DNA of 64,000 bases from Lingula anatina (GCA_051362555.1 CM120643.1:26974848-27038847); one strand, 5' to 3'; positions 47,470 to 62,275 are shown, counted from the first letter of the stretch. The notes: generated from the letters alone by a model not told the origin. Numbers and translations are program-made.

Positions 47470-48620
47470 CGTTCTTCCGGGAAACACTCTTGTAAACTAA
47501 CATGTATTCTACATTTTGTTTGCAAAATTGTTTTTCCTGTAAGCTTATCGTTATGGGCCTCTATCAACAATTCATTACCTTTTCAAATACTCCCCTTCTC
47601 CGGAAACACTGATCAAAAATGACACAAATGAGAATCCAATCGTCAAGTAAGTAGAACCAGCAAATGCGGTTTCGGTTTGCTTTTGCAGCAGAGCGGAAGT
47701 TTCACAAATATCGATAGATTACCTTGGGTGTCCCATGTGTCTGCTGTTAACACTATACTAACACTACTGGATAGCGATGCAGGATTTTCAAACTTAAGTT
47801 ATTAATGGACACATACTACATTTACCTTACCTGTTTCTTCGTTTTCCTTGTAGGCCTTTACTATATTTATCGTCTTCTATCAGTGAATTTTAACCTTTTC
47901 AAATACACACCTCTGCCGGAAATAATAAGCAAAAATAGCACTGGAAATCCCGCGCCAAGTACGTAGAACTAGCAAATGCGGTTTCGGTTTGCTTTTACAG
48001 CGTATCAGAGTTTAGTTGTGGACAAGACGGCGCCGTTACCACGGAGCCAGAGAAGCTTCGTTGGCAGGTTAAAGATCAAATGGAAACTTTCTACGTTATT
48101 ACCCAGAGGGCCAGTTTGGCTGTACATGTATTTATCGACCATAACAATCAACAGACCGTGAGCCGTACATATGTATTTCATTCGCTAGTCTGCTAATATT
48201 TTATTATCATCTACGTTGTTAAAGTTCATCATGAAGACGAGCACTTATTCAAGAAGCCGACACGGGGTGTTCCTAGATAGGTTACATTTTTTTTTACTTT
48301 GATTTGCTTTATGCTGAGATTAAGTTTGCCTTCACCAATGACGTTGAAGAGCACAATTGGACGATTTTAGTTTTAGCAACCACATTAGAAGATGGGATCG
48401 TTAAAAAAAACTTCAAATATCTATAAACTGATGCGTTTTCTATTCAAGTAATTGCGACGAAGCCAATTTGGAGAAAAAATATATTTGGCAAATAATTCTG
48501 CCTGGAAGATCCTTTTTTCTGCTGACCGCAGTTTACAGGTTGGTATGACGTTATGCTTGCCACTGAATCAATTCAAGTTATGTTGCTTTTATATAAGTCT
48601 GCCCGGAAAGTTCCTAGTTA
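47470..48620 (-). promoter_or_regulatory. Putative immune-responsive promoter of the IFI44-like gene (duplicated ISRE-like, GAS and kB-like motifs)
   Basis: GAS TTCCGGGAA at 47475-47483; ISRE-like GGTTTCGGTTTGC at 47668-47680 and 47980-47992 within a duplicated ~120-bp module that ends in a minus-strand donor TTTGAAAAG|GT; kB-like GGAAATCCC at ~47943 and GGAAAGTTCC at ~48606. Confidence 0.5.
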
Positions 48621-49797
48621 GATGATTTCAGATGCTGTTATTTTCATTTTGTTTTACGCTGATATTACGTTTGACTTCACCTGTGACGCTATAGAGCACG
48701 ATGAGAGCCAAATCGGTTCACAAACTGGGGGTTTTAGTTGTGAGTAGTCTTTGCCATTTCAAACGTCCAGTGTGGAGTTGCCCCGTGTACTGTATGAATA
48801 TATGTACAGTCTTGATAAGCTAGGCCAAAGGGGTGGGGGGCATAGAAAAAAAAATGTATGATGAGGTAAAGCAATAGAGCAATGTGCCGTTACAATGAAG
48901 GGGGGGGGGGGGCGTCAGTGTATTTTAAGAACGACAAGCCTCGAAGATTCGAAGCCGCCCCTCGGCCCCTTTGTGGTGTGGTTTGCGGTCTGCTAAAAAG
49001 CCCCAAAATATTTTGGTGTTTTGAAGGTCACACGGTGTCATTTGGAACGGTTAAGAACTATTTTATTCAGCTAGTTGAAACATTAATTTCAAGAGGGGAA
49101 TATTAGTGTGATTTTTCAGAAACCGAACGGGAGGTCAGGACACCCCTGACCCCCCCTCCCTAAATCTGCCACTGAAACAAGACTGTCCTCGTTTCCTGAC
49201 AGTGACAACCCTGAATATGTATGCAATTAATTATTAACTTATGGAGTCAAATTAATAACTGCTCAAAACTCACAAGGTGCGGTACTTATGAATTAATACG
49301 TTTAGATATAGTACTTAATGCCCCAGATATTCTGCGTATAGATGAGTAAGACGAAAAATAGACACACAGGCTCTGTAGTGAACTGTAATAACAGCATATT
49401 TAATTAAAAAAAGTTCAACCCTAGCTCACAGAGGAGACAAGCCTTATGTAACATCCAACTTTCGTGACCACCACACCCTCAACACTGGGAGCCTTTTATG
49501 ACCACCACCCCATCTCAACACTGGGAGCCTGACATGACACCCAATGTTTTTTTTTTCATGGACAATTTCTCCGCATCGTTGCTGCAATGTGTGGTTTATG
49601 GTAATGAGGACATTACAGTTGTCAACGTTATGGTTCTTTGGGACAATATTCATTCTTATTCAGTTATCCAAGCCTTGGCATTTAATCTTTTTTTTAATAT
49701 GGTCGGTAGTAGGCAGCTTTCGGACTGCCCATGGTGAGAACATATCGCCTCTCACCCAAACCCAATATACAAGTTCATTTCACACGCTGAAGTGTCC

Positions 49798-49838
<41 letters not shown>
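49798..49838. repeat. (AAT)n microsatellite
   Basis: About 13 AAT units, ~270 bp before the duplication junction. Confidence 0.9.
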
Positions 49839-49840
<2 letters not shown>

Positions 49841-50357
49841 TTAAATGAATTAAAGTTGTATTCCTTTTTTTTTCAATTTTTAAAACATGTATGTGTAAAT
49901 AACCAAAGATCCACCACTCTCTCAATTTTAATTCAATTTTTAATTTTTACCTTGTCTTTACATTATGTAAAGAGCCCTAAATGGTAACGTATGTTCCGGT
50001 AACGGAACGTTCCATTAATTTTTATGATAATTGAATTTTCAAAGTGAGTAAAACGTTTCACAGCTGGACGTTTTGCATTTGTGACAGTGACGTTTTTTAG
50101 ACACATTTTTACTTACTTTTTGGACTTATTTTTACTTGTTTAATATATTGTGAATTGTTGATGTCTGTTAATTAATATTCACATACGTTAAGCAACACGT
50201 GAAATCAAATTTATAAGCAAACCTGATGCGATATAAATTTTTACACATTTCTCGTGCAATAAAGCGTTTTTTTTTTCTTTTTCTGTAATTTCATCACCAA
50301 CTGAGCTCACGTTTTCACTGAGGTTATTAATTTCTAACTTTTTGCCTTTCGTTTCAG

Positions 50358-52364
50358 CAAAAAAAAAACGTCGCCAGCTCCAGGTAAGGTTTTGGGGAAC
50401 TTATCACAGTACATGTACCTGATTGATGAATTAAATGTGATGTTGTGATGATTCATAATTTACCATAACAATATACCCAATGTATAATAAATAAGAGGAT
50501 ACAAAACTTTAAATGGGAAAATGATACAAAATGAAGATTGTTCACCACAATAACTACACAATCTCTGAAAAATAATAACTGCTTAAACATTGTCATGATT
50601 TGATTTGGTTACACTTGTAGTTTATAGATATCTGGATAGATGAATATGCATATACCTGATGTTATCATTTTACCATCCTCCCTCGTATATGGATTTGCTT
50701 CAGTCACCAAACAATTAGCCTTCTCCAGTTGTTCAGAAGACATGCAACGGCACACAGAGTTCAACACGTCACGAGTCACGTGTCCTACACCGGAAGCCAT
50801 AGATTACCCAGGAAACATTACTATCGAAAGAGACTATGACCCTGGTATCATATTTGCCCTACTAGTAAAACCCCACTTTGCTTAATTTAAATGCAGCATC
50901 GTTTCGCCAAATGTTTGAAATATTGCCAACAGCCTGAAACGGTAAAACGATTAACTTGTGAATACTTTTCAGGCGATGTGTGTCCCGTTGGAAAAACTGT
51001 TGTCACGTACACTGCCAAAGACAAGGCAGGAAATAAAACCACTTGCAACTTCACCGTAGAAGTGAAGAAAATAAAGACAGGCACGTATACTGGCATGCAG
51101 AATGGCTTTAACACTCCTTGTATCTTATACACTCCAGTGTATATAAGCATTGGTTGCCTAAAATCCCAGAACAATTGTTTCGGTACTTTTTATTTTTAAG
51201 AACACAATATGCAGTAATGTAATTAACTATTTCTGCCATTTCATCTGACTTTAAGGCTATGGGAATTGAAAAAAATCGTTTTAATATATATTTCAAGAGA
51301 AAGAGAAAGAGAAGAGAAAATGTGTTGCTTGTGTGGAGGACGACAGTGTGATTCGTGTGGAGAATAAAACTTTGGAACAAACGTTACCGGGTGTGCGTGT
51401 ATAACTCTGCATACTATTTGTTCCACTTGGTATTTTTGCGCTAAAAGGAAAACATAAAATATGTTTGAACGAGTGGCTTGTTCGAAATCAAGATAAGAGC
51501 AATATTTCATGTCCTATTCTTAATCTTTTAGAATGCCCAGATACAATCCCGGTTCCGGACCGTGGAACTTTACGCTGCTGGCAGCCAGCTGGCGGGGGTG
51601 AAGAGCGCTGTAATGTCACTTGCTTGTCATTCCCTAGAAACATAAGACAGAACCCGGATGTACCAACAAGTTTTGTGTGTTACCCGGAAGGAAAGTGGGA
51701 GCCGCCTTTCAAATGGGGCGTTGTTAAGACACTGGCTTGTCTTAGTGAGTGTGCTTGTTTTCACTGTGCTGTCATCTATGCTAAATTACTCTTACTTATC
51801 TTTAAGTTAATCAAGTAGGCACATTGTTGCTAGCATTTACTCATTCTTATAAGGTAAGTTACTGCAAGGAGGAGGACATCGTTTGTGGAGGATTTTAACT
51901 TGGCCTCTTTGTTGGTAACAATTATTCTAAACACATACAGAACTTGCTAGTACTAGTAACTAATGTTGAGACGTTAATGAATTTATTTTGGACCCCCTAA
52001 ACTTTTGTGTCAGTATAAAGCCTTATCCTGAACATTGCTAACCTCTTCTGTGTTGCCAAGCACAGCGAACATAACCATTTGAGGTCCATTCATTACAGCT
52101 TTGGAACCACCAAGGAATTATAGACTCATATTTAACGTGGAACATCCAGGAACCTGTGTGGATGATAACTACTTCAAGCCATTTGTCGTGGGTGAGCTGA
52201 TTAAGTGGCTGAGAGAAGCTGGTTTGTGTCCCGAAGGAGATTTAATTAAGTTATGCCAAAGGTCACAGGTGAAGGTCATCTGTAGGAAGGAGGACAGAAG
52301 ACGCCGAGACACCCACGAGGGGGATCTTATTGTGAATTTGGCTCTTAATGTGACTTTCTCGTAA

Positions 52365-52404
<40 letters not shown>

Positions 52405-54213
52405 CTAGTCCCATGCATTTTGCCAAATTCTGAGTTTAAAACACTTCTTCTTTGTCATCAGTTTAGTGCCTATGAGTGTTTTGCAGAGTGTGGCCTAGTA
52501 GGCCTACTGGTAATAACCCTCTGCTCCGTCAGCATTCTTTATTACATTTAGCAACAATCAACATATACAATCTAAAATCAAAGTAGAAATAAATAAAAAC
52601 GATATTTTTTTCTATTTTCGTAGCGAGAAAAACAGCACGGATGAGTATCAAAATGTTTTAGCTCTGGCAGAGAATGTGACAAACTTCATCGGCAGCAGTC
52701 AGTTTCGGTTTGAATATGGTGGAAGAAATTACACCTTTGGAAATAGATCGTCTGGCAAGGAAGAGACAACTTGTGGTGAAGGGCAGATGAAGGTTCTGGA
52801 CAAATATTGCGGTAAGTGGAAGTCATATACCCACAGTTTTACAGACTACTGGAAACCCATCAAGCCTCACCTCGAGTTCAGAGGTTAAGGTATCCTTTCG
52901 GATATTCCGCCAAATGGAATTTTCAACGAAAACTCGAGCAATACAGTATACTCCTACTCAGAAATTGGTGTTCGGCCAGTGTAATAAACTTATTTTGTTC
53001 CTAACGTCCAGTCTTTTCAGTCTTTTTACTGTTCAATCTCGAAGGATACTTTTATTTGAAGGTTTTTATCTCTATGTGTTATTATTATTTTCAAAAGTAT
53101 AATGAAAAGATAACTAGCCTTGCAGGACTGCAGGGTATGTCGACACAAAATATGTTTTTCGGAAATTATTAAACGCGGGTAGGACAGATTTAAATGCAAC
53201 TGGTAGCTAAAAATGAAAACGGAGTAGGCAACGTCTGGGTAGGGTCATTTTACAAAAAGATAATGTTGCAAGTTCAGAATGTTCTCTGTAAATACTTCGT
53301 TCAATCTCCCAGTCATTTATTTATTGTTTCATTTACTGACTTATATATTAGTTCTGTTCCTCTCTTTGTAGTGAAGTGCCCACCTGGCACGAAATACAAC
53401 TCTGTCCTTAAAACCTGCTATTCTTGTCCAGCAAACACGTACCAGGAGCGCCGAGGGCAGTCCGTGTGTATCAAGTTTAAAGGGGACAAAACGTCACCGC
53501 CAGGGTCATTCAGTCATTCTGATTGTACGTATTATGAAACTGGATCACTCATTGGATTTTTATTATATTTTTTTTTTTGGGGGGGGGGCTGAGTTAATAT
53601 GCTAAACAATGTATTAAGACTTTTATGAAAAAAAGGTGTACACAAAAATGAATCGTGTTTGCAATGATATATCCCCTTGTTCAAAATTGTTGACAAATTC
53701 AAGATCTACAGTCATTTTTTTTCGAACTCTGATTAACCATTAAAAGCGAAATTCATCAGTCTCTGGTTAACAGTTTTAGTTCATACCTCAGGTGAAGACA
53801 CGGCCCTAAGTACAATCCAACCTACAGTGGTTACGACAGCGCGACTGGATCTAATCAATTGCCTGAGTTTCGCTGCCGTTGCGATCGTCATCCTGGTCGC
53901 CATCTTGGCTTTCTTGGCATGTCGACGCTGCAGATACAACAAGAAGAAGAAGAGAAGGACGCTCTCCCCAGCGCCAGCGGTGACTGACTTTTTGGACTAC
54001 CATAATGTTGCCTATGATTACGCTAAAGCCTTTTCTGTATCGTATAAGAGAACGGGGACAAATGACGGTGGGATGCAAAATAGGGGGCCAAGGACTGAAC
54101 ATACGTACACAAATGCTTCGGGCTCACTCCGCGCGTATGAAGGAATGGTACGAGATGTCACCGAGCAGCAATTTTCCCACTATCAAAATGACGTACCCTA
54201 CCTACGTGAGTAG
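50358..54213 (+). pseudogene. 5'-truncated, decaying copy of gene A
   Basis: Exons 119-657 have no counterpart upstream. The microexon is 26 nt (frameshift) versus 24 nt. HYR TWP>TCP, donor GT>GC at 51081, GCC CIKC>CIKF, TM IIG>INC. Confidence 0.7.
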
Positions 54214-54722
54214 CATGATTCAATGAGTGCACCGATGTGTGAACACGTGATTCCTAAATACCACGTGATTGCTGCTTACGTGTACCACAAACAATTAGTC
54301 TTAAATTAAAAGAATACAATACGCGTTAGACTTTTAGAAGTTTAAGGATTTTTTTTATTCAAAAGACATGTCCTGTGAAAACTACATGTATAACAGTGGA
54401 GAAAAACTAATGTACAGTAACCTGCTTTCCAATTTTAAATTTGTAACGTCACAGTTAAAATTTGCCTTTTCGTACACATGAATATCCAATACGCAAGTGA
54501 CTTTTGTATATGTTAAGGCCTACCTATAACGCTCATTTTGTTTCTGTGTTAATGGACAGTTCTTCAAGTGTCTGGTGATGTATTAGTATGCCTTATGTGA
54601 ACAGATTCCATCCTCCCATTTGAGGCTGAGCTACCACATCGGTTCCCTTATTCGCAAAATGATTGTGTCAAGTCAAATGCTTTGTAGACGTTAATTTACA
54701 GTTCGTAACACGTGGACTGGGA

Positions 54723-56964
54723 TTATCGCTTGTAGAGCCCAGTTCGTAGATCAAACGTCACTGCTGGCTTGGTTTTATTAGGTCGACCTACATAAACCTC
54801 CACCGATTCTCGGTCGAGATCGAAGATTGCTGAATGTAGAAATGACAAAGGAAACATAATATTATTATCAAAACGATATTACATGTACATATAATGTTCG
54901 CCATTAATTAGATAAGATAAATGAATGAAAATGTATATATTATATATATTACTTACTTATTACTTATTATACGCATTACTTATTCTATAAAATAAATCTG
55001 GTATTTTTAAGTATCATCTACAGTTTTTTAAACACTCTCTAGGTGATACAAGGCAATAAATAAAAAGAAGAAAAAAAATTACGTAAATGAATGAAAATGG
55101 TACAATCGAAGTATATTCACTTGTTATTATCACATAAGGAAAAATTATCCCTTACCGACAGCCGCCGTTGCCGGATCATCCGGTTCTCTTCCGTTTCGGA
55201 ACACAGGAAAGTTAACATCTGTGACGTTAGAAAAGATGTCGCACACTGTAGCGATGACGTCATGTTTTGTATTGGTGACGCTTTGAAGCAGAATGTCATC
55301 TATTTTCTTCCTACGGTGCTCACTGCTCTGGTGGCGGTAGCAGGCTGCGTCAAGTTCTTGATACCTGAGTGAAGTAGGCAAAAAGGCTTAAACATACATA
55401 ATTCAACTATTGGAAACTGCGAAGTCGCAATGAATGCCCATGGTTGTAAAATACAGGGGCATTTTCGGGAATACAAACAAGGAAAACCATACACAGGATT
55501 TAACATTAAAACAACTCTGAACTTCGCTTCGGTTTACTTAACAACTCACACATCACTGTAACCTAGCCTTAGCTAAAGGTGTTTACAAAACACTTACGTA
55601 TTAAGGTGATAGTCCATTTTTCCAGAGCTTATTGTTTTCTTGGCTGTCAATGTTCCTCGTTCACTGCCAGCCATTTCAATGAATTCCATGATGAAGGGTC
55701 TTGGCCCTTTCTTTTCTTCAGGTCGAAGCCAAGTGAAATTGAGGTTGCCACCAGACACAACACCTTTAACAGATGGGGAGAAGGCACGTTTATTCCCGAG
55801 CTAAGTCTACTCAGACAGTTGAAATCACATTTGCAGAATTACTGTAGAGATCTTATGCCTTACAAAAAGTTCCGTTGACAGAATTCCGTCCGCAACAAAA
55901 TGCTATTTCTTTATCCCGATATGTGTGTTCGCTTACTGACCGTAACTAATCACTACCTGGGTTTTGTTTGATTATGGAAAGAAATCCCGCTTCATCCTTT
56001 GCACACAACAATGCCCTGTTAAGAATTCTTCTTGCTGAAAATATGCCGTTCAATTTTGTTAATATATTAATCGTATGGCTAATGTTTTCAGATTGCAGTT
56101 TGAACGTAAGGACGAAGTTATGTAAAATACGGGAAAAACATGGAGAAAGATGGAGTGATATGAGTAAACTCACGTAATCCTATCTCTGGCAGATTTTTCT
56201 GATATATGCAGTTTGTTGTTTGTATTAAACCATGGCAGTTGAAACTGAATGCGGTCCCTGGGAGGGTTCCTAGAGAAAATACCATTTAACAAGATATAAC
56301 ATATTTGAAAATTATAATGGAATACGAGGTCTGATAAAACGCAATGTTAACCGCTGACGTCATCGCCAAAATGATATTGAACGATGCCATAATCAATGAT
56401 TAACCAGTCAGAATAGAGGAGGCATACTGTGGAATTAATAAGACGAAAACAATAAGTTGAAATTTCGTGATATTTCGGAAGGTAATGACTTTCAGGTTTT
56501 TAATATTACAAATATTACAAATATTACAAAAGGTTAGTCCCCAGTACTGTCTTAATTTTGGTCTGCTATGGAAGGCAGCAAAGATATGCAGATAATAGAA
56601 GCCCGTTTCCAGCAAAAAAACAAGGTGTGTTCCTCTGGTGACAAATGATTGGCCGTACCTAGCCTAGTAGGAATCGATACTAAAATGTATTTCTGCGCCA
56701 TTGGTTTTCTAAGCTATGGGTATTAAATTAAATTAAATTCAATTCAATTTATTTCTGTACTGGTACATAGATTGTCATGACCTTGTACAATATGATATAC
56801 TAATGACGATACAATACATTTAGTGCATTACCATTTCTCTAGTTGGTATTATGTTGCCTAGCCATTGTGAATGAAAAAATAATCTTTATATAATGAACAT
56901 ACATAATAGTAAAATTACTCATAAAATATTAAATTAACACGCCCATTCAGCGGCGGTAATTTTG

Positions 56965-57025
<61 letters not shown>

Positions 57026-58688
57026 TCAAAAATAATTTAAGACACAGTGGCGTTCAGAGTTAATTTCTGGGCTATATTGAGCCTTCAACGGACCGGATTC
57101 GGTTGAAAAACTTTTGTTGCCATTTCCCAACCCTGATTGGGGAAAACACTCTTTTACTTTGCAATTGTTATGTATGAGAGGATCTAAACATCTATACATC
57201 TATACAACATGGACTACCTGGATACGTGAATGCTGTGAAGTTTTCCACTTCTTCACCCGTAACATCTGACACAATGACAACCTGCACAATGAAGCATTTG
57301 TTGAGAAAACTTGGCCTGACGTCCTCCGAGTGAGCAGTCACGTGAGCTTCCTGGTGTGAAAGCAAGTAGAGAGTAAACATTTAACTTCCGAGTTAAAAAA
57401 AACAAGAAGGCGTATAGCTTCCTTCTTACCAAAAAATATTTCTTCTGAATGTTAAGCATAATTTCATTTCTGTATTACGGTATTCCCATTTCATACTCGT
57501 TCAAAGAGCTAGGAAACTGCCTCGAACAGTTCTTCGAAACATATACTAGCTGATGGCTTACAAAGAAACCCTTGATATATTTTGTAATAAGTGAGATAAT
57601 TAAAACTGCAAATTTCTCACTGGATTCAGATTACCGTGGGGCAAAGAAAGTTTCGTCCTACCGGTAAGTTTATCAGTATATCTGTGCATCCCTCCTGTTC
57701 TGTTCTTATGTTTAATCGTTCCTTGAGTTCATTCTCTATGTGATACAGAAATAACTGGGAAAATAATGAAAATGACAAACATCACGAAGATTATAAAAAT
57801 GGTGTCTCTAGGGACAGCATGAAAATACAGTGTTACTTAAAGCGCGCGATTCATTACTATCCTGTTTATTCGTTAGGATTCCACATACACTTACGAGCAA
57901 CAATTTATCTCAACTTTGCAAATGTCCTTCTCTTTTCTCACGGGGTTTTGAGATAGCGTTCTATGTATGAGTTAAATGCCACCACCGAAAATACATAACA
58001 TACATTACTGTAATCCAAACCTCTGTAATTTAAATAAATTCAGGCACCTTACATACCTCAATGAAGCTGACTTTTGCACCATCAGCCGTCCCTTTTAATT
58101 CATCAATATACTGGGGAAACACCGCTTTGGTTGTGTGCAGAAAGTTTTGAACCACTCTGTGTCCGTCTTGGGTGTTATAAAACGGCATCAACTTTTGCTG
58201 TAATGTTGCATTCTGGGTAACGCATTCCTGAATCAGGTCCTGGGTGAGTTGGTCCTAAAGAAAAGAGCCATCTTTATGACAATATTTAACTTTCACTATA
58301 CATGCAGGGACCCGGGGGGGTGGGGGGGGGGGGGCTTCTAAGTAGGCGAGTGGGTGTGGGGCAGAGACACAAGGGTAAAGAACCATCAATATTTTCCTTC
58401 GCTTTGTTTCGCTCGGTTTTCTAAAATAGGTGACTAAGAATGGAGACTAAACCGTATCTACAATGTGCAAATGTACTTAATCACTGAAAAATGTACGTGA
58501 CGCGTGTTAGGTCGGAGGAAGGGACGATCCCCGCTTACGTTTACGTAACCAATTTATCCCATGCAATCGATGCATTTGTTTATACTTACAATTCGGTACC
58601 CGACATCATAGTGCCTCCCTCGGGCACAGAAAACGGGGACACTTTCTTTGCTGTGCTCCTTCACAGAGCATATCATTCTACTCGACAT
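54723..58688 (-). CDS. tan-like: Second copy of the Tan-like peptidase C45
   Basis: All nine exons and splice sites are present at an offset of ~49.07 kb. GCTD nucleophile retained (~57685). No frameshift noticed by eye. Confidence 0.8.
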
Positions 58689-61361
58689 CAGTTACGTCAG
58701 ACAGGCAAAAAGTGCTACATGTGCATGAGGTATCCCACGGGATTTAAACGTACACAAGCTTTTGTCACACTGGATGTGTGTGCGCCATTCTTCCATTTCT
58801 GCCTTGGTGCATTACAGATGATATATGCATACTGCATTGTTTTACCTTTGCGATGACAACAATATTAAACAGAGATAAGATCTTGTTGAGCCCTGGCACC
58901 CAAAACTGTTCGGGTAGAAAATGACCATTGTTGAGTACAAATACCGGGGTACAGCCTTGAACTCCACCAAAGTTCGATTGCCGCAGAAAGTGAAGACGTC
59001 ATAGCACAATTATTCATAATGGACTTTTATTTGATTGTGATGCTTATCAAGAGATATTATTTATTTATTGGAGGGGGTCAAAGCGGACTTGTACCCTTTC
59101 CTTTGGATCTGAATTAATTATTTCTATCCCCCCAAAATAATAATAATAAAAAATTACAACATTTTCCATCCCCCTTGTCTTACATAATAAAGAAAAAAAT
59201 ATGTTGTATTACCTCCGAAGGTGTTGTATTACCTCCGCCCCAAGAAGGTGTTGTATTACCTCCGCCCCATGTAGTATAGAATCAATTAATGAAGTAAAAT
59301 GACAAACGCAACATGTAGGTTGATTGATTTTAGGCCAGTTAAGGCTTTATTTTTTGTCAAAGCCAAATAAGATGAATAACATTTTTATTTTATTTTTGTT
59401 AATTGACCATGAGCTCAAAATTGTTATCGTCCAGCGTGAAGCTGTTATAGACGTCAAAAAAAAAAAAAAAAAAACTTACATTTTGACTGTGAAACAAAAT
59501 AATTATCCCAATTCTTGACACATAAATAATTTCCATTTTTGCCCAATATAGGATACAATTCAGCACTGCAGGCATTTAACTTACTTCCTAAAATTATACT
59601 TGCACTTAGTAACTTTTCAAATTTTATTAAATTGAATTTGAATAAAATTCTGCTAATTTTCGATTAATAAAAAGTTACCATAACTCTTTGCTTTACAACA
59701 GATTTACAACATTATTAACTGACAACATTGAAAACACTCCAATAATATAAATTTTAAACAGCCTTAAAAGTTAGTTCAAACCGAGTAAATTATTCATTTT
59801 AAGCCTATATTACATTTGCTAGGTGATGTCCGTAAGGTGCACGTATACTAACCGTTAATCGGTTTTCGTTTGGTGTTTGGGTGGAGGAAGGTTGTATCGG
59901 AAGAAAACGTTCGGACTCACAGCCTCCGTAAACTTAACAATTTTGTCAAGCTAATATTTTCGAAAAATTAACTTATTCTGGAAACCACAAGCTTGGCGGC
60001 GATATCGTAGATGGAATTGCAATGTTCTCGTATGGGTAGGCCTATTGTTCGGTGGACTTGGGGTTAGCGTGGTTTAGTGGTTTAAAGAGGCATAAAAGTA
60101 TTTATTGTATTAAAAAAAAAACGCACTGTCAATCCCTTGCATAAATGTGAAATTGTTTCTCTTCTTCTTGTAATGCGGGTGCTAAAATCATGGGTGGGGG
60201 GGGGGGCATTGGTAATGTACCGATCTTCAAGGAAGCCGCATGTAACGTGTCCCGTCAACACGGCTGCACTAAGACGAAAGGGCAGTGTTTTATCACTAAC
60301 CTTTTTTTCCTACTTGACCTCAAGGTCATGTCGAGGCAATGGCACGGAATCCGCATGTAATAAACACACATTCTCCTTAACCCGTTTAAAAAAAATAAAT
60401 CGCACGGAAAATCGAAGATTTCATCGCATGGTGCCCGAGGCAAATGTAATCAAGGCTTTAACATCGGAAACAATTAATCCTTGAAAAAATGTGCGAAAGT
60501 ATCATGATATTCTCCTAAGATCATGAAAATATTTAACTTGAAATTTACCTTACACCAATCGTCAAAAATCGATTAATCATATATCTGGTATCAACTATAT
60601 GAAATGGTATGTTTTTGAAAAGAAAGATAAAATGCACACGTGTGCATAAAGTAAATACTTTGCCTTTTGCAAATTCTCAAACTTTTTACTAATACAACGC
60701 TTGGTTTTTAAGTATTAAGTTGATACTTACCGTACTTGGCCATGGATAATTAAGTAAATTTTTGCTACAAACTAATTTTCTTGCAATTTACTACATGTGT
60801 GGTACCAAACAAGAACCAGAAGACTAGCTACTGTGAATGAAAAGGTGAACCAAAGCTTATCTGCTTACTTTTACCAGGACTGACTGGTTTATCACTAGAT
60901 ATTTACAGATGTGCCTCTGACTAATTATAAACACTTAAATATAATGTACAGTGAATTTTTTAATGGAATTGTCGTCACTCAGCTGGTGTCTGGTATAAAG
61001 CACTAGTCTGTTGGGCTGGTTTCAGATTACTCTAACTGAATACAGAATAAAGCGCCCGCATCTTTGATGTCCAAAACGCATAATCCTTCCTAAACAACTA
61101 TTTTGACAGTAGAAAAGTCTGTAATAATTGACAACGCTATGAGTTGTCCCAATGTAATGTATTATTATGGCGCCCACACAACTATTTACGATGAATATTG
61201 ATTAACAATAAAACCGTATTGTTCAACTTTACAACAATTAAAAGCGTAAGACCACCGCGTAAATATTGATTTAGCCTCGGATACAGTTCCGTTATTTTGT
61301 CCAAGATTTAGCCAAAGAAGCATCTAAATCTTTATCTTTCCTTTAATGCTCTAACGCATAC

Positions 61362-62275
61362 CTAGAAATCCCACACCGCTGCCACCATCGCCATTAACAT
61401 CCAAAGTCCAACGCGACCGAAATGAATGTTTCCTCGGTTCTGCTTCGGGGTTGAGAACGTGGTCGCACCTCCCGGAGGCGGCACAGAGCTGTGATGCGTG
61501 ATGTTCTTCACGCAGGCAGAGAACGATCCTGAGCGTATACCCACTGGCCCTCCGGATATCTCCAGCTGAACGTTTTGTAGAGCGTTTTCCATCCATACTT
61601 GCACTTGGTCGAAAATGTTGCGACCTTCCTCGTAGTGGGCTAGGCTCACGTGAAGGGTGACCATTGTGTGCACAACAAATGTTATGGATGTGTTTTCCGC
61701 GTCGCGTTTCTGAATACAGAAAAGAATTTCTGCCTGCACAGCATTCAGTACAGCTCTCAATCGACCATCACGTGCGATATCCATACACCGATCTCTTGGT
61801 GTTGGTACCCAGCCACATGGTTTAAAGTGCAAGGAAACTGTCGATTTTACTACTGTAAAATTGTACATGAGGGGGCGGCAGTCCTGGGCATCAGGAACAA
61901 AACCAGGGGGGCACACTATCTGCTGATCCACAGGCTGGAAAAAAAGATAAGTGAGCTGATGTACATCCATAAAGCCCAGAAAAAATGTTGACAAAATTGT
62001 ATTCTTACGTACATAATAATCTTATGTGATATAATCTTAATATAATATAATCTTAACATGATAAATGCAGCAAAAAAATTAATTAAGTAATTATATCCAA
62101 TATTTTATCTATATTCAACTTCCATCATTTTCCTCATCATTAATGGTTATTGTAGTTTGTTTTCTCACCCTAGTCATGACGTCATCATTATGTTTGCTGT
62201 CTTGGTCTCCGAGGTACAATAGGGCGCGGAAAGAAAGTCCAAGCAGTCTTTCTGATTGTGGTGTGGAGTTCTGTT
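61362..62275 (-). CDS. Exons 2-3 of the second copy of the SMB/GPI-tail gene (exon 1 would lie beyond the window)
   Basis: Exons 62275-62169 and 61934-61362, open, a few substitutions versus copy 1. Confidence 0.75.
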
